From NCBI GenBank assembly GCA_963805945.1, contig CAWDVP010000001.1, positions 64,001 through 128,000 on the forward strand: a stretch of 64,000 nt of DNA. Reading direction: 5' to 3'. This DNA comes from Vulcanimicrobiota bacterium. Lineage in GTDB: Bacteria; Vulcanimicrobiota; Vulcanimicrobiia; Eremiobacterales; Eremiobacteraceae. The notes beneath the pieces are model-generated. The model did not search any database. It was not told the DNA's origin and saw nothing but the letters and a program-made list of their open reading frames with translations. The translations under genes were made by a program, and so were the position numbers. Below, piece by piece: positions 8,680 to 18,600 of the stretch (position 1 is the first letter of the stretch; each line of letters opens with the position of its first letter).

Positions 8680-10560
8680 CTACCAGCGATACGCCGCGAT
8701 CGCCGCCCATTGGCCCGGCGTCGTCCCCTGCCACGCGAAGAACATCTCGCCGATGGCGCCCGCCGACTTGGCCGCGCCCAAGCACCAATCGAGCTCGTCG
8801 GGCGACGGCGCGCCGGTCCGCCCGAGATCGGCGCTCTGGCCGGCGACGTTGACGGGTACGTCGCGGCCGGCGAGCGTCTGTGTGAGCGCGACGACATCCG
8901 CGCAATTGTCGCTCACCGCGCTGCGCGCGTACTCGTGCGCCCTGCGATAGTGGTGCCAGTACTCCATCGGCTGCATCGCGCTCGCGTAGCGCGCGATCCG
9001 CGAATACGGATAGTCGTCGTTGGTGAAGTGCGTGAGCCGCGGCGAGATGACAGTGGCGACCACGAGGTAGTCCGGACCGACCGCGTCGCGCGTCATCGCC
9101 ATGTAGTCGGCCATGCGTTCGCGCGCGACCGCGCCGTAGCCCATATAGTTCGTGCCGGGCTCCAGATCCAACGCGAGGCCCGCGAAGCCGTTCCCCGCGG
9201 CGCTGCGATAGCGCGCCATGCGGATCGACTCGGCGACGTCTTCGGCGCTGTTGCGCCGCGGCACCGACCACGCGACCAGACGGATGTCCGCGTCCGCGGC
9301 CGCATCGACGAGTTGATCGAGCCATGCGCGCGCCTGCGGGCTGGCCGCTTCGAAGAAGGTGCCGCGCGACAGACGCAGTTCGATCTCCGACACGCCCGCT
9401 TTGCGCGCTTGCGCGATGACGGTGTCCGGATCGAATCGCTCGTACGAGTTCGGGTCGCTCGTATCCGGCGAGAAGAACAAGAACATGCCCTTGCCGGCGA
9501 TCGCGTCGAGGCTCGTCTGCGCCATCTCCGCCGGCGTCGTCACCGGCGCGCTCGCGGCGCTCAGCGATGCGCTCGGCAGTTCGGCGACGATCGAGTAGCG
9601 GTAGGCGACGCCGGGCTCGACATGCGCGTCGCGCCACGCGCTGCCCGCCGGCGACACGCTGGCGACGAACTCACCGGGCGAGGAAGCGCCCGCGCTGCGG
9701 TAGACCTTGTATTGCCGCACGCCCGCCGATGCGCGCAGCGGCGTCCAACCGACAGCCACGAGGTGCGGGCCGACCGCCTGCGCGACGCTCGCGAACGAAC
9801 CCGGCGAACTTGGCGGCGCGGCTAGCGTGAGCTGCGCGTCGCGCGCGGGGCCGATCGCGTCGGCGACGACGGTGATGGGCGCGCCGCCGCGCGTCGTGAT
9901 CGTGATCGCCGGCGCTTGGTTCACCCACGGCTCGATCTCGAGCGAATCCGCGTCGCTGACGGAGAACCGCACGTCCGCGTGCGGGTCGTGCTGTTGCACA
10001 CCGGCGCTGTCGGCGGTCGACGCAACGACGTCGGTCTGCCACGTGCCGTCAGCGGTGAGCCGCCACGGCTGCGCCGTTATCGTGAAGCCCTGATGGTCCA
10101 TGGAGCGGTCGAATTTATTCGACCGTTGCGGTGCCCGAGCGAGGCCCGGGTGCTTCGGCGCCTGCGGTGCCCGAGCGACTCTTCGCGGTGGGGCGACTGC
10201 CTGAACGGTGCGCTGTAGTGCCCGAGCGGAGTTCGGGGTCTTCTCGTGCAGTGCCCGAGCGAAGCTCGGGCTGATCCGGCTCCCGCTCACGCGCGGCGAC
10301 CCGCTGATGCGCGCCGCGAGCTCCGGCTGCGGCGGATTCGGACCGGCCATCAACAAGATGACGGCGAACAAGAGCGAGCCTGCGGTTCCCGCCATGACCG
10401 CGCCGGCCCCGACCCGTGCCAACGCACCGGCTGCGCGCGGCGCCGGAGCAGCCGCGATCTCGCCGAGATACTCGCGCCGCCGGCGTTCGACCGTTGGGAA
10501 TTCCGTGCGACGACCGCGGACCGGTGTGACGCGATAGCGTCGCTTCGATGCTGCGCTCAC
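8680..10560 (-). CDS. Membrane-anchored protein with Fn3 domain and C-terminal glycoside-hydrolase-like TIM barrel
   Basis: TM helix; Fn3 pattern (W..YKVYRS..W.D..V.PG..YRY); GKGMF...LALDLE...QPMEYW domain. Start uncertain. Confidence 0.65.
   Translation of the reverse strand: MSAASKRRYRVTPVRGRRTEFPTVERRRREYLGEIAAAPAPRAAGALARVGAGAVMAGTAGSLLFAVILLMAGPNPPQPELAARISGSPRVSGSRISPSFARALHEKTPNSARALQRTVQAVAPPRRVARAPQAPKHPGLARAPQRSNKFDRSMDHQGFTITAQPWRLTADGTWQTDVVASTADSAGVQQHDPHADVRFSVSDADSLEIEPWVNQAPAITITTRGGAPITVVADAIGPARDAQLTLAAPPSSPGSFASVAQAVGPHLVAVGWTPLRASAGVRQYKVYRSAGASSPGEFVASVSPAGSAWRDAHVEPGVAYRYSIVAELPSASLSAASAPVTTPAEMAQTSLDAIAGKGMFLFFSPDTSDPNSYERFDPDTVIAQARKAGVSEIELRLSRGTFFEAASPQARAWLDQLVDAAADADIRLVAWSVPRRNSAEDVAESIRMARYRSAAGNGFAGLALDLEPGTNYMGYGAVARERMADYMAMTRDAVGPDYLVVATVISPRLTHFTNDDYPYSRIARYASAMQPMEYWHHYRRAHEYARSAVSDNCADVVALTQTLAGRDVPVNVAGQSADLGRTGAPSPDELDWCLGAAKSAGAIGEMFFAWQGTTPGQWAAIAAYRW
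10100..10270 (+). repeat. Intragenic cluster of REP-like palindromes: one A copy and four C copies
   Basis: ATGGAGCGGTCGAATTTATTCGACCG at 10100-10125. TGYRGTGCCCGAGCG... at 10127, 10163, 10214 and 10247. Confidence 0.8.
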
Positions 10561-10626
10561 GGGTGGAGCGAGTTGGCCAGCCGCCGGGCGGCTCCTGGTC
10601 GGTCCGCGCCACCGTGCGCCCGGACA

Positions 10627-10652
10627 CGGTCGAGTAAACTCGACCGCTCCAT
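10627..10652 (-). repeat. REP-like palindrome, subfamily A
   Basis: CGGTCGAG-TAAA-CTCGACCG-CTCCAT; inverted partner of the 10100 copy. Confidence 0.85.
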
Positions 10653-10704
10653 ACGAGATGAACCCGGGGGTACAAGCGTTCTAGAGATGGAAAATAGGAG
10701 GCCC

Positions 10705-11433
10705 GTGAACGCACGCTCGGTCTGGGCCCGCTTGGCGGCCCCGCTTCTTCTCGCCTCGATAATCACCGCGCTCGGCACCGCCGGCACGCCGTCGGCTGCG
10801 CCTGCCTCGTCACAGGTCGACGCAGCGCCCTCGCCGGCCGGCCTGGCCTCAAGCGTCGAAGGGGTGGTCGATCTCGTCATCAAGCGCAATCCGTCGCTGC
10901 GTTCCTACAGCGCGAGCGCGCACCTCGATTTGCAACAAGTGAACTTCCCATACTTGCACCCGGTGCTCGACGGCCACGAGTATGTCTCGGCGCCTGGCTA
11001 CACGGTCTTCGACTATCCGCACACACCGTTCTACCTCAAAGGCATCACCAAGGTGCAGGGCGCTTTCGGCAACGCAGATCGCTGGCTGCACTGCTACGAC
11101 ATCAGCATGACGCAGGCGCCTGGAGCGTACCGGCTCCATATGGTGCCGAAGATCAACGGCGAGATCAGCGCGGTCGACGTGCTGCTCGGCCGCGATGGCG
11201 CGATCGATCAGGTCAAGTGGTCGTATCACGAGAATCCGAACGACGGACTCACGTTGACCCAGACCTATGCGGTCATCGACGGCTACAGCGTCGTGACCCA
11301 GCAGGCATCAGACGTGAGCCTGCATCACATCCGCGCGAAGGGGACGCAGACATTCAGCGGCTTCGCCTTCAACGTCCCCGTGCCGACGCCGACGCCGACC
11401 CCCTCTGATCCGCTGCACCAGTGCGATAACTAG
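10705..11433 (+). CDS. Secreted hypothetical protein (possibly LolA-like beta fold)
   Basis: AGGAG RBS, GTG start, signal peptide, beta-rich body, PTPTP tail. Confidence 0.75.
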   Translation: MNARSVWARLAAPLLLASIITALGTAGTPSAAPASSQVDAAPSPAGLASSVEGVVDLVIKRNPSLRSYSASAHLDLQQVNFPYLHPVLDGHEYVSAPGYTVFDYPHTPFYLKGITKVQGAFGNADRWLHCYDISMTQAPGAYRLHMVPKINGEISAVDVLLGRDGAIDQVKWSYHENPNDGLTLTQTYAVIDGYSVVTQQASDVSLHHIRAKGTQTFSGFAFNVPVPTPTPTPSDPLHQCDN

Positions 11434-11634
11434 ATGGAAGTGGGCAAGCCGGTCCGCGTGCTCAAAGCCGTCGACCTCGGCGCCGAAGGCAAGGTCGACA
11501 AGGGCGCGGTCGGCATCCTCGAGAGCATGCACAACAGCCCATACATGCCGTACTTGGTCCGGTTCCCGCAAGGGTCGTTCGCGTTCGAGGACGGCGAGAT
11601 CGAGGACGTCGACGAGCCTAGTGGTGCTGCTTGA
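11434..11634 (+). CDS. Small hypothetical protein (SH3-barrel-like)
   Basis: Starts immediately after the upstream stop; G.PVRV...G.VG.....Y.V.F pattern. Confidence 0.6.
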   Translation: MEVGKPVRVLKAVDLGAEGKVDKGAVGILESMHNSPYMPYLVRFPQGSFAFEDGEIEDVDEPSGAA

Positions 11635-12493
11635 ACAGCTTCGGGTCGAAGTACCAATCCGGCACCGAGTCCGGGAACCCATAATCGGAGAACGTGTACT
11701 CGTAGTGCCCGCTGTCCCCCAGCGGACCGATGCGCACCGAGCCATCGCCCACCGCTGACGAGACGAGCCAGTGGTCGCCGACCGGCGCGAACACGACCGT
11801 CGCGTTGCCCTTGCCCGTCGCGATGCCTTTGGTGCCGCTTACTTCCGCGTATGCCTTCCAGACCTCAAAGGTCTTGACGTCGACCCACACGTCTTTCCAC
11901 GGATGCGTGCGCTCGTCGTGCAGCGCGCGCAAGGTGAGATGGTAGACCTGCTTGCCGTCGAGATCTTCGATGCCCGCGAGCTTGACCGAGTAATAGCGAT
12001 CGCCGGCCACCGGCTGCACTGAGAGCAGCGGCGGCGGCGTGGCGCCTGACGGCAGCGGACTGGGCGAGCCGATCGCAGGCGCAGGCGTCTCATCGGGCGG
12101 GGCGGTCGCGTAGAGAAGGATGTTGTTGTCGGGCGATGAGGGGAACGGGTAGCCGAAATGCGTCTCCGCATCGCCCGAGCGCTCCTTGTGGGTGCTCTGC
12201 ATCAGCCCTTTGCCGTCGCTGGTCCGATACCAGACACGGTAGTCGTAGTCGGAGCGGCCGCCGAGGTGCAAGAACACCTCGTGCATCTGATAGGTGATGA
12301 ACGGCGGCCGGGTGAGGTCGTGCTTGCGCGTCGCCTTCTCCGCGTTGATCATGATCTGATCGGCGCTGAGCTCGTCGTACACCGCGGGCGTAGGGGAAGG
12401 CGTCGGTGACGGCGGTGGCGTCTGGCCGAACACCGCGGTCGCCATGGCCAATCCCAACGCGACCGCGCCTGCGGCGGCGGCTTGACGTCTCAT
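11618..12493 (-). CDS. Secreted hypothetical protein
   Basis: Signal peptide MRRQAAAAG..., PSPTP linker, beta-rich body. Confidence 0.75.
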   Translation of the reverse strand: MRRQAAAAGAVALGLAMATAVFGQTPPPSPTPSPTPAVYDELSADQIMINAEKATRKHDLTRPPFITYQMHEVFLHLGGRSDYDYRVWYRTSDGKGLMQSTHKERSGDAETHFGYPFPSSPDNNILLYATAPPDETPAPAIGSPSPLPSGATPPPLLSVQPVAGDRYYSVKLAGIEDLDGKQVYHLTLRALHDERTHPWKDVWVDVKTFEVWKAYAEVSGTKGIATGKGNATVVFAPVGDHWLVSSAVGDGSVRIGPLGDSGHYEYTFSDYGFPDSVPDWYFDPKLFKQHH

Positions 12494-12598
12494 GTCCGGA
12501 GAACGAGCCTCATCGCCGGATTGGTTGCGCTCGGCGTCGCGACATTCCTTATCGGACGAGGGGCTGGCCCGTGGTGGCGGAACTGGGATGAGGAGAAC

Positions 12599-15500
12599 AT
12601 GAAGCGTTTCGAACCCACACCGGAGCAGCTCGCCGTCATCATGCATCGCGGCAGCCACGCGCTGGTCTTCGCCGGTCCCGGCACCGGCAAGACCGAGACG
12701 CTGGCGCGCCGCTTCGCGTCGCTCGTGGTGGACGACGGCGTCGACCCCAGTGCTATCCTCGTGCTCACCTTCTCGCGCCGCGCGGCGGAGCAGATGCTCG
12801 AACGCGTCGTGCAGCGGTTGCGTGAGCGCACCGGCTCAGAGCTCGCTGTCAGCGAGCTGTTCGTGCGCACCTTCCATGGGTTTTGCGCCCGCCTGCTCGA
12901 CGGTGACGGCCCCCGTTCGCGCGAGCGGGATCTTCTCACGCCGATCAAAGAACGGGTGCTCTGGAAACGCATCGTCGCACGCGCGCCTTTGCAGTCCTTC
13001 GACGACGACGTACGCACGAGCCCGGCCTTCGCCGCGGATGCGCTCAACCTCATCGCGCAGCTCAAGGGCCAAGGCATCAGCCCATCCGAGCTGGCGGCGG
13101 CGCGCGCACAGGACGCGCGCCTCGGCGACATCGCCGAGCTCTACCGGCTCCTCGACGCCGATCGCGTGCGGCTCGGGCTCTCCGACTTCCGCGACCTGGT
13201 CAAGGATGCGCTCGCGGCGCTGGAGCAGCCCGACACACCCGCGGCACGCTGGCTGCGTCAACGCGGTGGTTTTGCGCACATCCTAGTCGACGAGTTCCAG
13301 GACAGCGATCGCCTGCAGCTGCGGCTGCTCGAAACGCTGGCCGGCGACGGCCGCGCGCGCCCGAACCCGACGCCCGAGATATGCTTCGTCGGCGATTTCA
13401 ACCAGTCGATCTACCGCTTTCGCGGCGCGACGCCGGAGAACATCGCTGCTGCACGCACCGCATTCGCTTGCAGCGAACTCACGCTGCGCACGAATCGGCG
13501 CTCTGCCCAGGCGGTGCTCGACGTCGCCAACAAGACGCCGAGACTCGATACGCAGTCACTCACCAAGGCGGAGGATCCCACGCGGCCTGGGTCGGTCCGG
13601 CTCGTGCGAGCGCCATCGCCTGAAGACGAGATCGCGTTCGTCGGCGACAGCGTCGCGCGACACATCGCCGCCGGCACCGCGCCGGGCCAGATCGCGGTGC
13701 TGCTGCGCGCCGGCGAGCCGTACACGAGCCGCATAGCCGCCGCCCTCGGCGATCGCGGCATCGCGATCGCAGCGCGGCCCGCCGCCGGTTTTCTGGAAGA
13801 CCCCGCGGTCGGCGCCGTGCTCACCGCCATGCGCCTCTGCGCAGACGATCAGGACGAAGCGCTGTGGACGCGGTTGCTCGTCAACCCGATCGTCGGATTC
13901 CGCGCGCTCTCCGTCCGCATGGCTTTCGACGCCGCGCGGCGCGCCGGCGTGGCCAACCCTTTCGTGGCGCTCACCGACGCGCCGCCGGCGGGCTTGCGCT
14001 CGTTCGACGATTTCTTGCGGTCGTGGCGTCGCATCGGACAAGCTGCGCCGAAGACGGGCGCCGCGGCGCTGATCGCGATCATCGCGTGCGAGCTCGACCT
14101 GCTCGGGCCGGTGCGCGACGGCAGCGCTCCACCCGGTTGGGACGCGACCTCGTCGCCGGCGCGTTTAAGCGTGCTCGTCGAGGCTGCACGGGACCTCGAG
14201 TCGGTATCGCGCGCGCTCGGCGAGCCGCGCGTCGCGCCGACGCGCTTCGTCGACGAGATCGAGGAGATCGCCGGTTTGCTGAGCGACCCGATCGAACCCC
14301 CGCGCGTCGAAGGTGCGGGCGTGCACCTCATGTCGATCCACGCCGCGAAGGGGCTCGAATTCGACGTCGTGATCGTGCCGCGCGCGATCGACGGCGTGAT
14401 TCCGCAACGCGCCCGCGGCCACGCCTTGCTGCCGCCCGCATCGCTGACGTCGCTGCGCCGGCTTTCGCCGACCCTGTTCGCCGGCGATGAAGACGTCTAC
14501 CAAGAGGAGTGCTCGTTGTGGTACGTGGCGCTCACGCGTGCGCGACGCGAGGTCGTGGTGACGCTGGCGAGCGCCGACGAGGACGACATCGAGCTGCCGC
14601 CGTCCCCCTTCACCCAAGCGATCGAGGACCGCAGCGCGACGCCCGATCGCAAGAAGGGCGCGCTCCGTCGGCCTATTACGGTTATCGAAGCCGTCGCGCC
14701 ATCGCCGCGCACCGACTGGCCGTCCGTGCGCCTCGCGGTCGATCACCTCTCCCCGAAGTCGGTCGAGACGTTTCTCACGTGTCCGCGCCGCTTCTTCTAT
14801 GGCGACGTGCTGCGGCTACAGGGCGAGCGCGACGAGGAGACGACGCTGCTCGGCCTCATCCTGCACGCGACGCTCGCCGCGTTTCACGAGACGGAGCGCG
14901 ATTTCACCTCGGCTCACGACCTCGCGGCGCGCCGCGAGCGCTGGCGCGCCGCGCTGCTCTCCCGACTGGATATCGCGTCGGCCGAAGCGGCCCGCCGCCA
15001 TGGCCTCGCCCTTGATTCCGGCTTCATGCGCTACGAGCTCGCCCTGGCGCGGAACTATGTGGACGAATACGTCGAACTGCTTGCGCGCGAGACGCTCGCG
15101 GCTCCCTTCGAAGTGCTCGCGAGCGAGCTGACGATCGACGCCGAGATCGACGGTGTGCGCTTCACCGGACGGGCCGACCGCGTCGACCGTCTTGCCGCAG
15201 GCGGCTTGGCGATACGCGACTACAAGAGCGGTAAGACCAGGGGCAAGACGGTGAAAGGGGTTCGGGAAGCGCTCGAACGCCTCGACGAGCGCGCGACGCT
15301 CGCCGGAGACGCGCCGTCCGGGCTCCATCTGCAGACGCTGCTCTACGCGCCCGGCGTGGAGGCGAAATTCGACGAGCGCGTCGTTCTCGCTCAATACATT
15401 TATTTCCGCGGCAAAGGCAAGGGAGAAGGCCTCGAGGTCGACTCGATAGCGATCGTCGAGGATGAGTCGGCGGCGAGCGACACGGCGCTGACGAGGTCGG

Positions 15501-15649
15501 AGGTCGAGCGCGCGCAGCGCGACATCGCCGCGGCGATCGCGCATTCGCTCGACGGCGGAATATCCGCGTTCTCGACCGCCTTTGCCGAACAGACCTGCCG
15601 CTTCTGTGACTACGTGCAGGCGTGCCCCGGCGCTATGACGGTCTCATGA
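12599..15649 (+). CDS. UvrD-like SF1 helicase with C-terminal PD-(D/E)xK nuclease (AdnA/AddA-like)
   Basis: AGGAG RBS; AGPGTGKT, VDEFQD, SIYRFRGA, HAAKGLEF, YVALTRA; GRADR..DYKSG; 4 Cys (CPRR, CRFC, C). Confidence 0.9.
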   Translation: MKRFEPTPEQLAVIMHRGSHALVFAGPGTGKTETLARRFASLVVDDGVDPSAILVLTFSRRAAEQMLERVVQRLRERTGSELAVSELFVRTFHGFCARLLDGDGPRSRERDLLTPIKERVLWKRIVARAPLQSFDDDVRTSPAFAADALNLIAQLKGQGISPSELAAARAQDARLGDIAELYRLLDADRVRLGLSDFRDLVKDALAALEQPDTPAARWLRQRGGFAHILVDEFQDSDRLQLRLLETLAGDGRARPNPTPEICFVGDFNQSIYRFRGATPENIAAARTAFACSELTLRTNRRSAQAVLDVANKTPRLDTQSLTKAEDPTRPGSVRLVRAPSPEDEIAFVGDSVARHIAAGTAPGQIAVLLRAGEPYTSRIAAALGDRGIAIAARPAAGFLEDPAVGAVLTAMRLCADDQDEALWTRLLVNPIVGFRALSVRMAFDAARRAGVANPFVALTDAPPAGLRSFDDFLRSWRRIGQAAPKTGAAALIAIIACELDLLGPVRDGSAPPGWDATSSPARLSVLVEAARDLESVSRALGEPRVAPTRFVDEIEEIAGLLSDPIEPPRVEGAGVHLMSIHAAKGLEFDVVIVPRAIDGVIPQRARGHALLPPASLTSLRRLSPTLFAGDEDVYQEECSLWYVALTRARREVVVTLASADEDDIELPPSPFTQAIEDRSATPDRKKGALRRPITVIEAVAPSPRTDWPSVRLAVDHLSPKSVETFLTCPRRFFYGDVLRLQGERDEETTLLGLILHATLAAFHETERDFTSAHDLAARRERWRAALLSRLDIASAEAARRHGLALDSGFMRYELALARNYVDEYVELLARETLAAPFEVLASELTIDAEIDGVRFTGRADRVDRLAAGGLAIRDYKSGKTRGKTVKGVREALERLDERATLAGDAPSGLHLQTLLYAPGVEAKFDERVVLAQYIYFRGKGKGEGLEVDSIAIVEDESAASDTALTRSEVERAQRDIAAAIAHSLDGGISAFSTAFAEQTCRFCDYVQACPGAMTVS

Positions 15650-18600
15650 ACGACGGTCCGATGATGGAGTTTCCCGAGCTTCGATCGGGCACTACAGCAC
15701 TAGAGTCGACGAGCGAACTCACGACCGAGCAGCAGGCGGCAGCGGAGCACGTCCTCAACCGGCCGGCGATCGTCGATGCAGGCGCCGGCACCGGGAAGAC
15801 GCACACGATCATCAATCGCGTCGCGTATCTCGCGCGCAGCGGCATCTGCGCCGCAGACAAGATCTTGTTGCTCACCTTCGCGCGGAAGGCCGCCGCGGAA
15901 CTGCGTCGGCGCGTGCTGGAGCGCCTCGGCCCGGACGTCGAGCCGCCGCACTGCTCGACGTTCCACGCGTTCGCGGCCAACGTGCTCGCCGACCACGCGT
16001 ACGAATTGCAGGTGTCGCCCGATGCGACCGTCATCGAGGACATCGATGCGCGCCTTGAATTCCGCTCGGCGTTCGACGAGGTCATCCACAGCGACCATGA
16101 GGACGCGGACGCCCTGCCGCTGCGCCCGGCGCAGCGCGATCAGCTTCGCGACGGTCTGTTCGCGATCGCGCAAAGGCTCAAGGAGCAGGCGATCAAGGTC
16201 GACGACTTCGAGCGTCGAGCGCTCGCCGCCGCTGACGCCATCGAGCGCATCCCGTTCCGGGAGATCCGGCCGGAAGGCAAGACGAAGAAGCCGCGCAACC
16301 CAGTGGCGCAGACCACTGACGCTCGCTTGCGCGTGGAAGCGGAGGATGCGCGAGCACGCGCCCGGGCCGCCGCCAAGATCTTCCGTCGCTACGAAGAACG
16401 GCTTCACAGGCGTCACGCGCTGACGTACGCCGACCTTCTGCTCCTCGCCCGCGACGGCATCGAGCGCAATCCCAGCCTCGCCAGCCGACTGCGCGGGCGC
16501 TATCGGCATTGCATCGTCGACGAGTTCCAGGACACCGATGAGGCGCAGTGGCGCTTCTTGGCCACGCTGTTCGGCGCAGAGCTCGAGAACGTGACCGCGG
16601 TAGGCGATCCACGCCAGAGCATCTACGGCTTCCGCGGCGCCACGCCGGGGAACGTGACGAAGTTCGCGGGCCTGCCGAACGCCGTGCGGTACGCTCTGTC
16701 GGAGAATCGCCGCTCGCGTCAGGAGATCCTCGACTTCGCGCACGCCGTCATCGGCGAGGTGTCGGAGGATGACGCGCCGCTGCGCGCGCAGCGCGGCGCG
16801 GCCGGCGCGCAGATCGTCCACGTCTCGAGCGCGTGGACGTTCGAGGACGGCGCCAAGCGCAACGCCGATGCCAACCGCGTGGCGCAGGCGGATGCGGTGG
16901 CGCGGCTCATCCGAGCGCGCCTTGCGCGGGGCGGTATCGCACCGCGCGACGTCGCGATCCTCTCGCGCAACAAGACGCAACTGCAGCCCTTCACTGCAGC
17001 GCTGAACGCCGCGGGCATCCCCTATCGGCTCTTGGGAGGTGCCGGGTTCTACGAGACCAGCGAGATCCGCGACGCCCTCGCATGGCTGCGCCTGCTCGCC
17101 GATCCGCTCGACGGCCAGGCCGCAGCGCGCGTGTGCGCGTCTGCCGCTTGCGGACTCACCGATGCGGCGACGGCGGAGCTGGCCGCCGGCCTGCCGAGAG
17201 ACGAGACGGGCTTCGCCCGCCGTCTCTTCGTCGAGCCGATCCCGGAGACGCTCGACGCCGACAGCCGAGCCCGCATCGAGCGCGTTCGATCAACTATCGA
17301 TGCGTTGGAGCCGTACGCGGCGGCGCCGCTTTCAGCTTCCATGCCCGTCGTCATCGGCGTCACCGGCCTCGCGCACGAGCGCGCCGGCGGCGAGCAGGCG
17401 AGCGCGAACCTGCGCAAACTTCTCCGTCTGGCGACCGATTTCGTCACCCGCAACCGCGAGGCGCAAGCGATCGATTTCGTGCATTACGTCGATGAGCTTG
17501 CGCGGATCGAATTCGACGATCGCGAAGCGGATGCTCCGGCCGACGATGCGGTCACGATCATGACGGCCCACGCGGCGAAGGGATTGGAATGGCCGGTCGT
17601 TTTCATCATCGACGTATGGCCTACGAATTTTCCGACGTCGTTGGTCACATTGGATGAAGCGACCGGCGCGCTGCTATGCCGCGAGGGCCGCGACGATACG
17701 CCGCTCTTCCATATCGAGGTGGCGCGGCGTCATCCCGATGCGCGCGGCATGATCCCGCACGAGGACGATAAGGAGTCAGGGCCGAGCGACGAGGAACGCC
17801 GTCTCTTCTACGTCGCGCTCACGCGCGCCAAAGACGAGCTGTACATACTCGGCGGCCGCTCGTACCGCGGCAAGAATCCGAGCGGTCGCACGCATGTCTT
17901 CGTGGAGGAAGCGGAACGATGGCTTGCGACGCAGGGGTGGGAGGTCGACGAGCCGATAGATGACGCCACTCCGGCAATACCGCGATCAGCCGATCTCGCG
18001 CTCGAAACGCCGCAAACGCCCACGCCGAGCGCCGATGCACGGTCGAGTGAACTCGACCGCTCCATAGCCGACCCGCGACAGACGCAGGTCGGTGCGCTGC
18101 AACTCTCGTTTTCGTCACTGCACGCCTTCGAGCGGTGTCCCCGCAGTCTCACGTACGCGATGGTCATGCGGCTGCCTGATCTACGCGTGGGCAGAAAGGC
18201 CGACTCGGACGAGACCGGCGACGGCGAAGCGCGAAGAGACGCATCCGCTCCCGGTGCGCTCATGGCCGATGACTACGGTCGCATCGTGCACCGCGCACTC
18301 GAGCGCTGGTCGGGTGCACGCATGCACGGCGACGGCGTGCAGACGCCCGAGACGTATGTCGCCCAAGCGATATCCGACCTTCGGCTGCGCCTCAAGGCCG
18401 CCGAAGTCAAACGCGCCTCGGCGGACGTGCAGGCGGCGATGACCGCCCTTGCGGCGTGGCGCGTCGAGCACGCGGAAGCGCCGTTTTCGATGCAGTATGA
18501 CGACGTGGTCGTCAAGGGCTATATCGACCTCATCGCCCGCGATCCGCACGGCAGCGCCGTCGTGCTCGACTACAAGACCGGCACGACCGCGGCGCGGGAA

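Noticed and set aside
10100..10270. Repeat cluster as a CRISPR array
   Set aside because: Repeats are degenerate, spacers are 1-27 nt and irregular, no cas genes are present, and the units are dispersed elsewhere in the window.
11702..11711. GTAGTGCCCG match to subfamily C
   Set aside because: No complementary arm; coincidental coding sequence.
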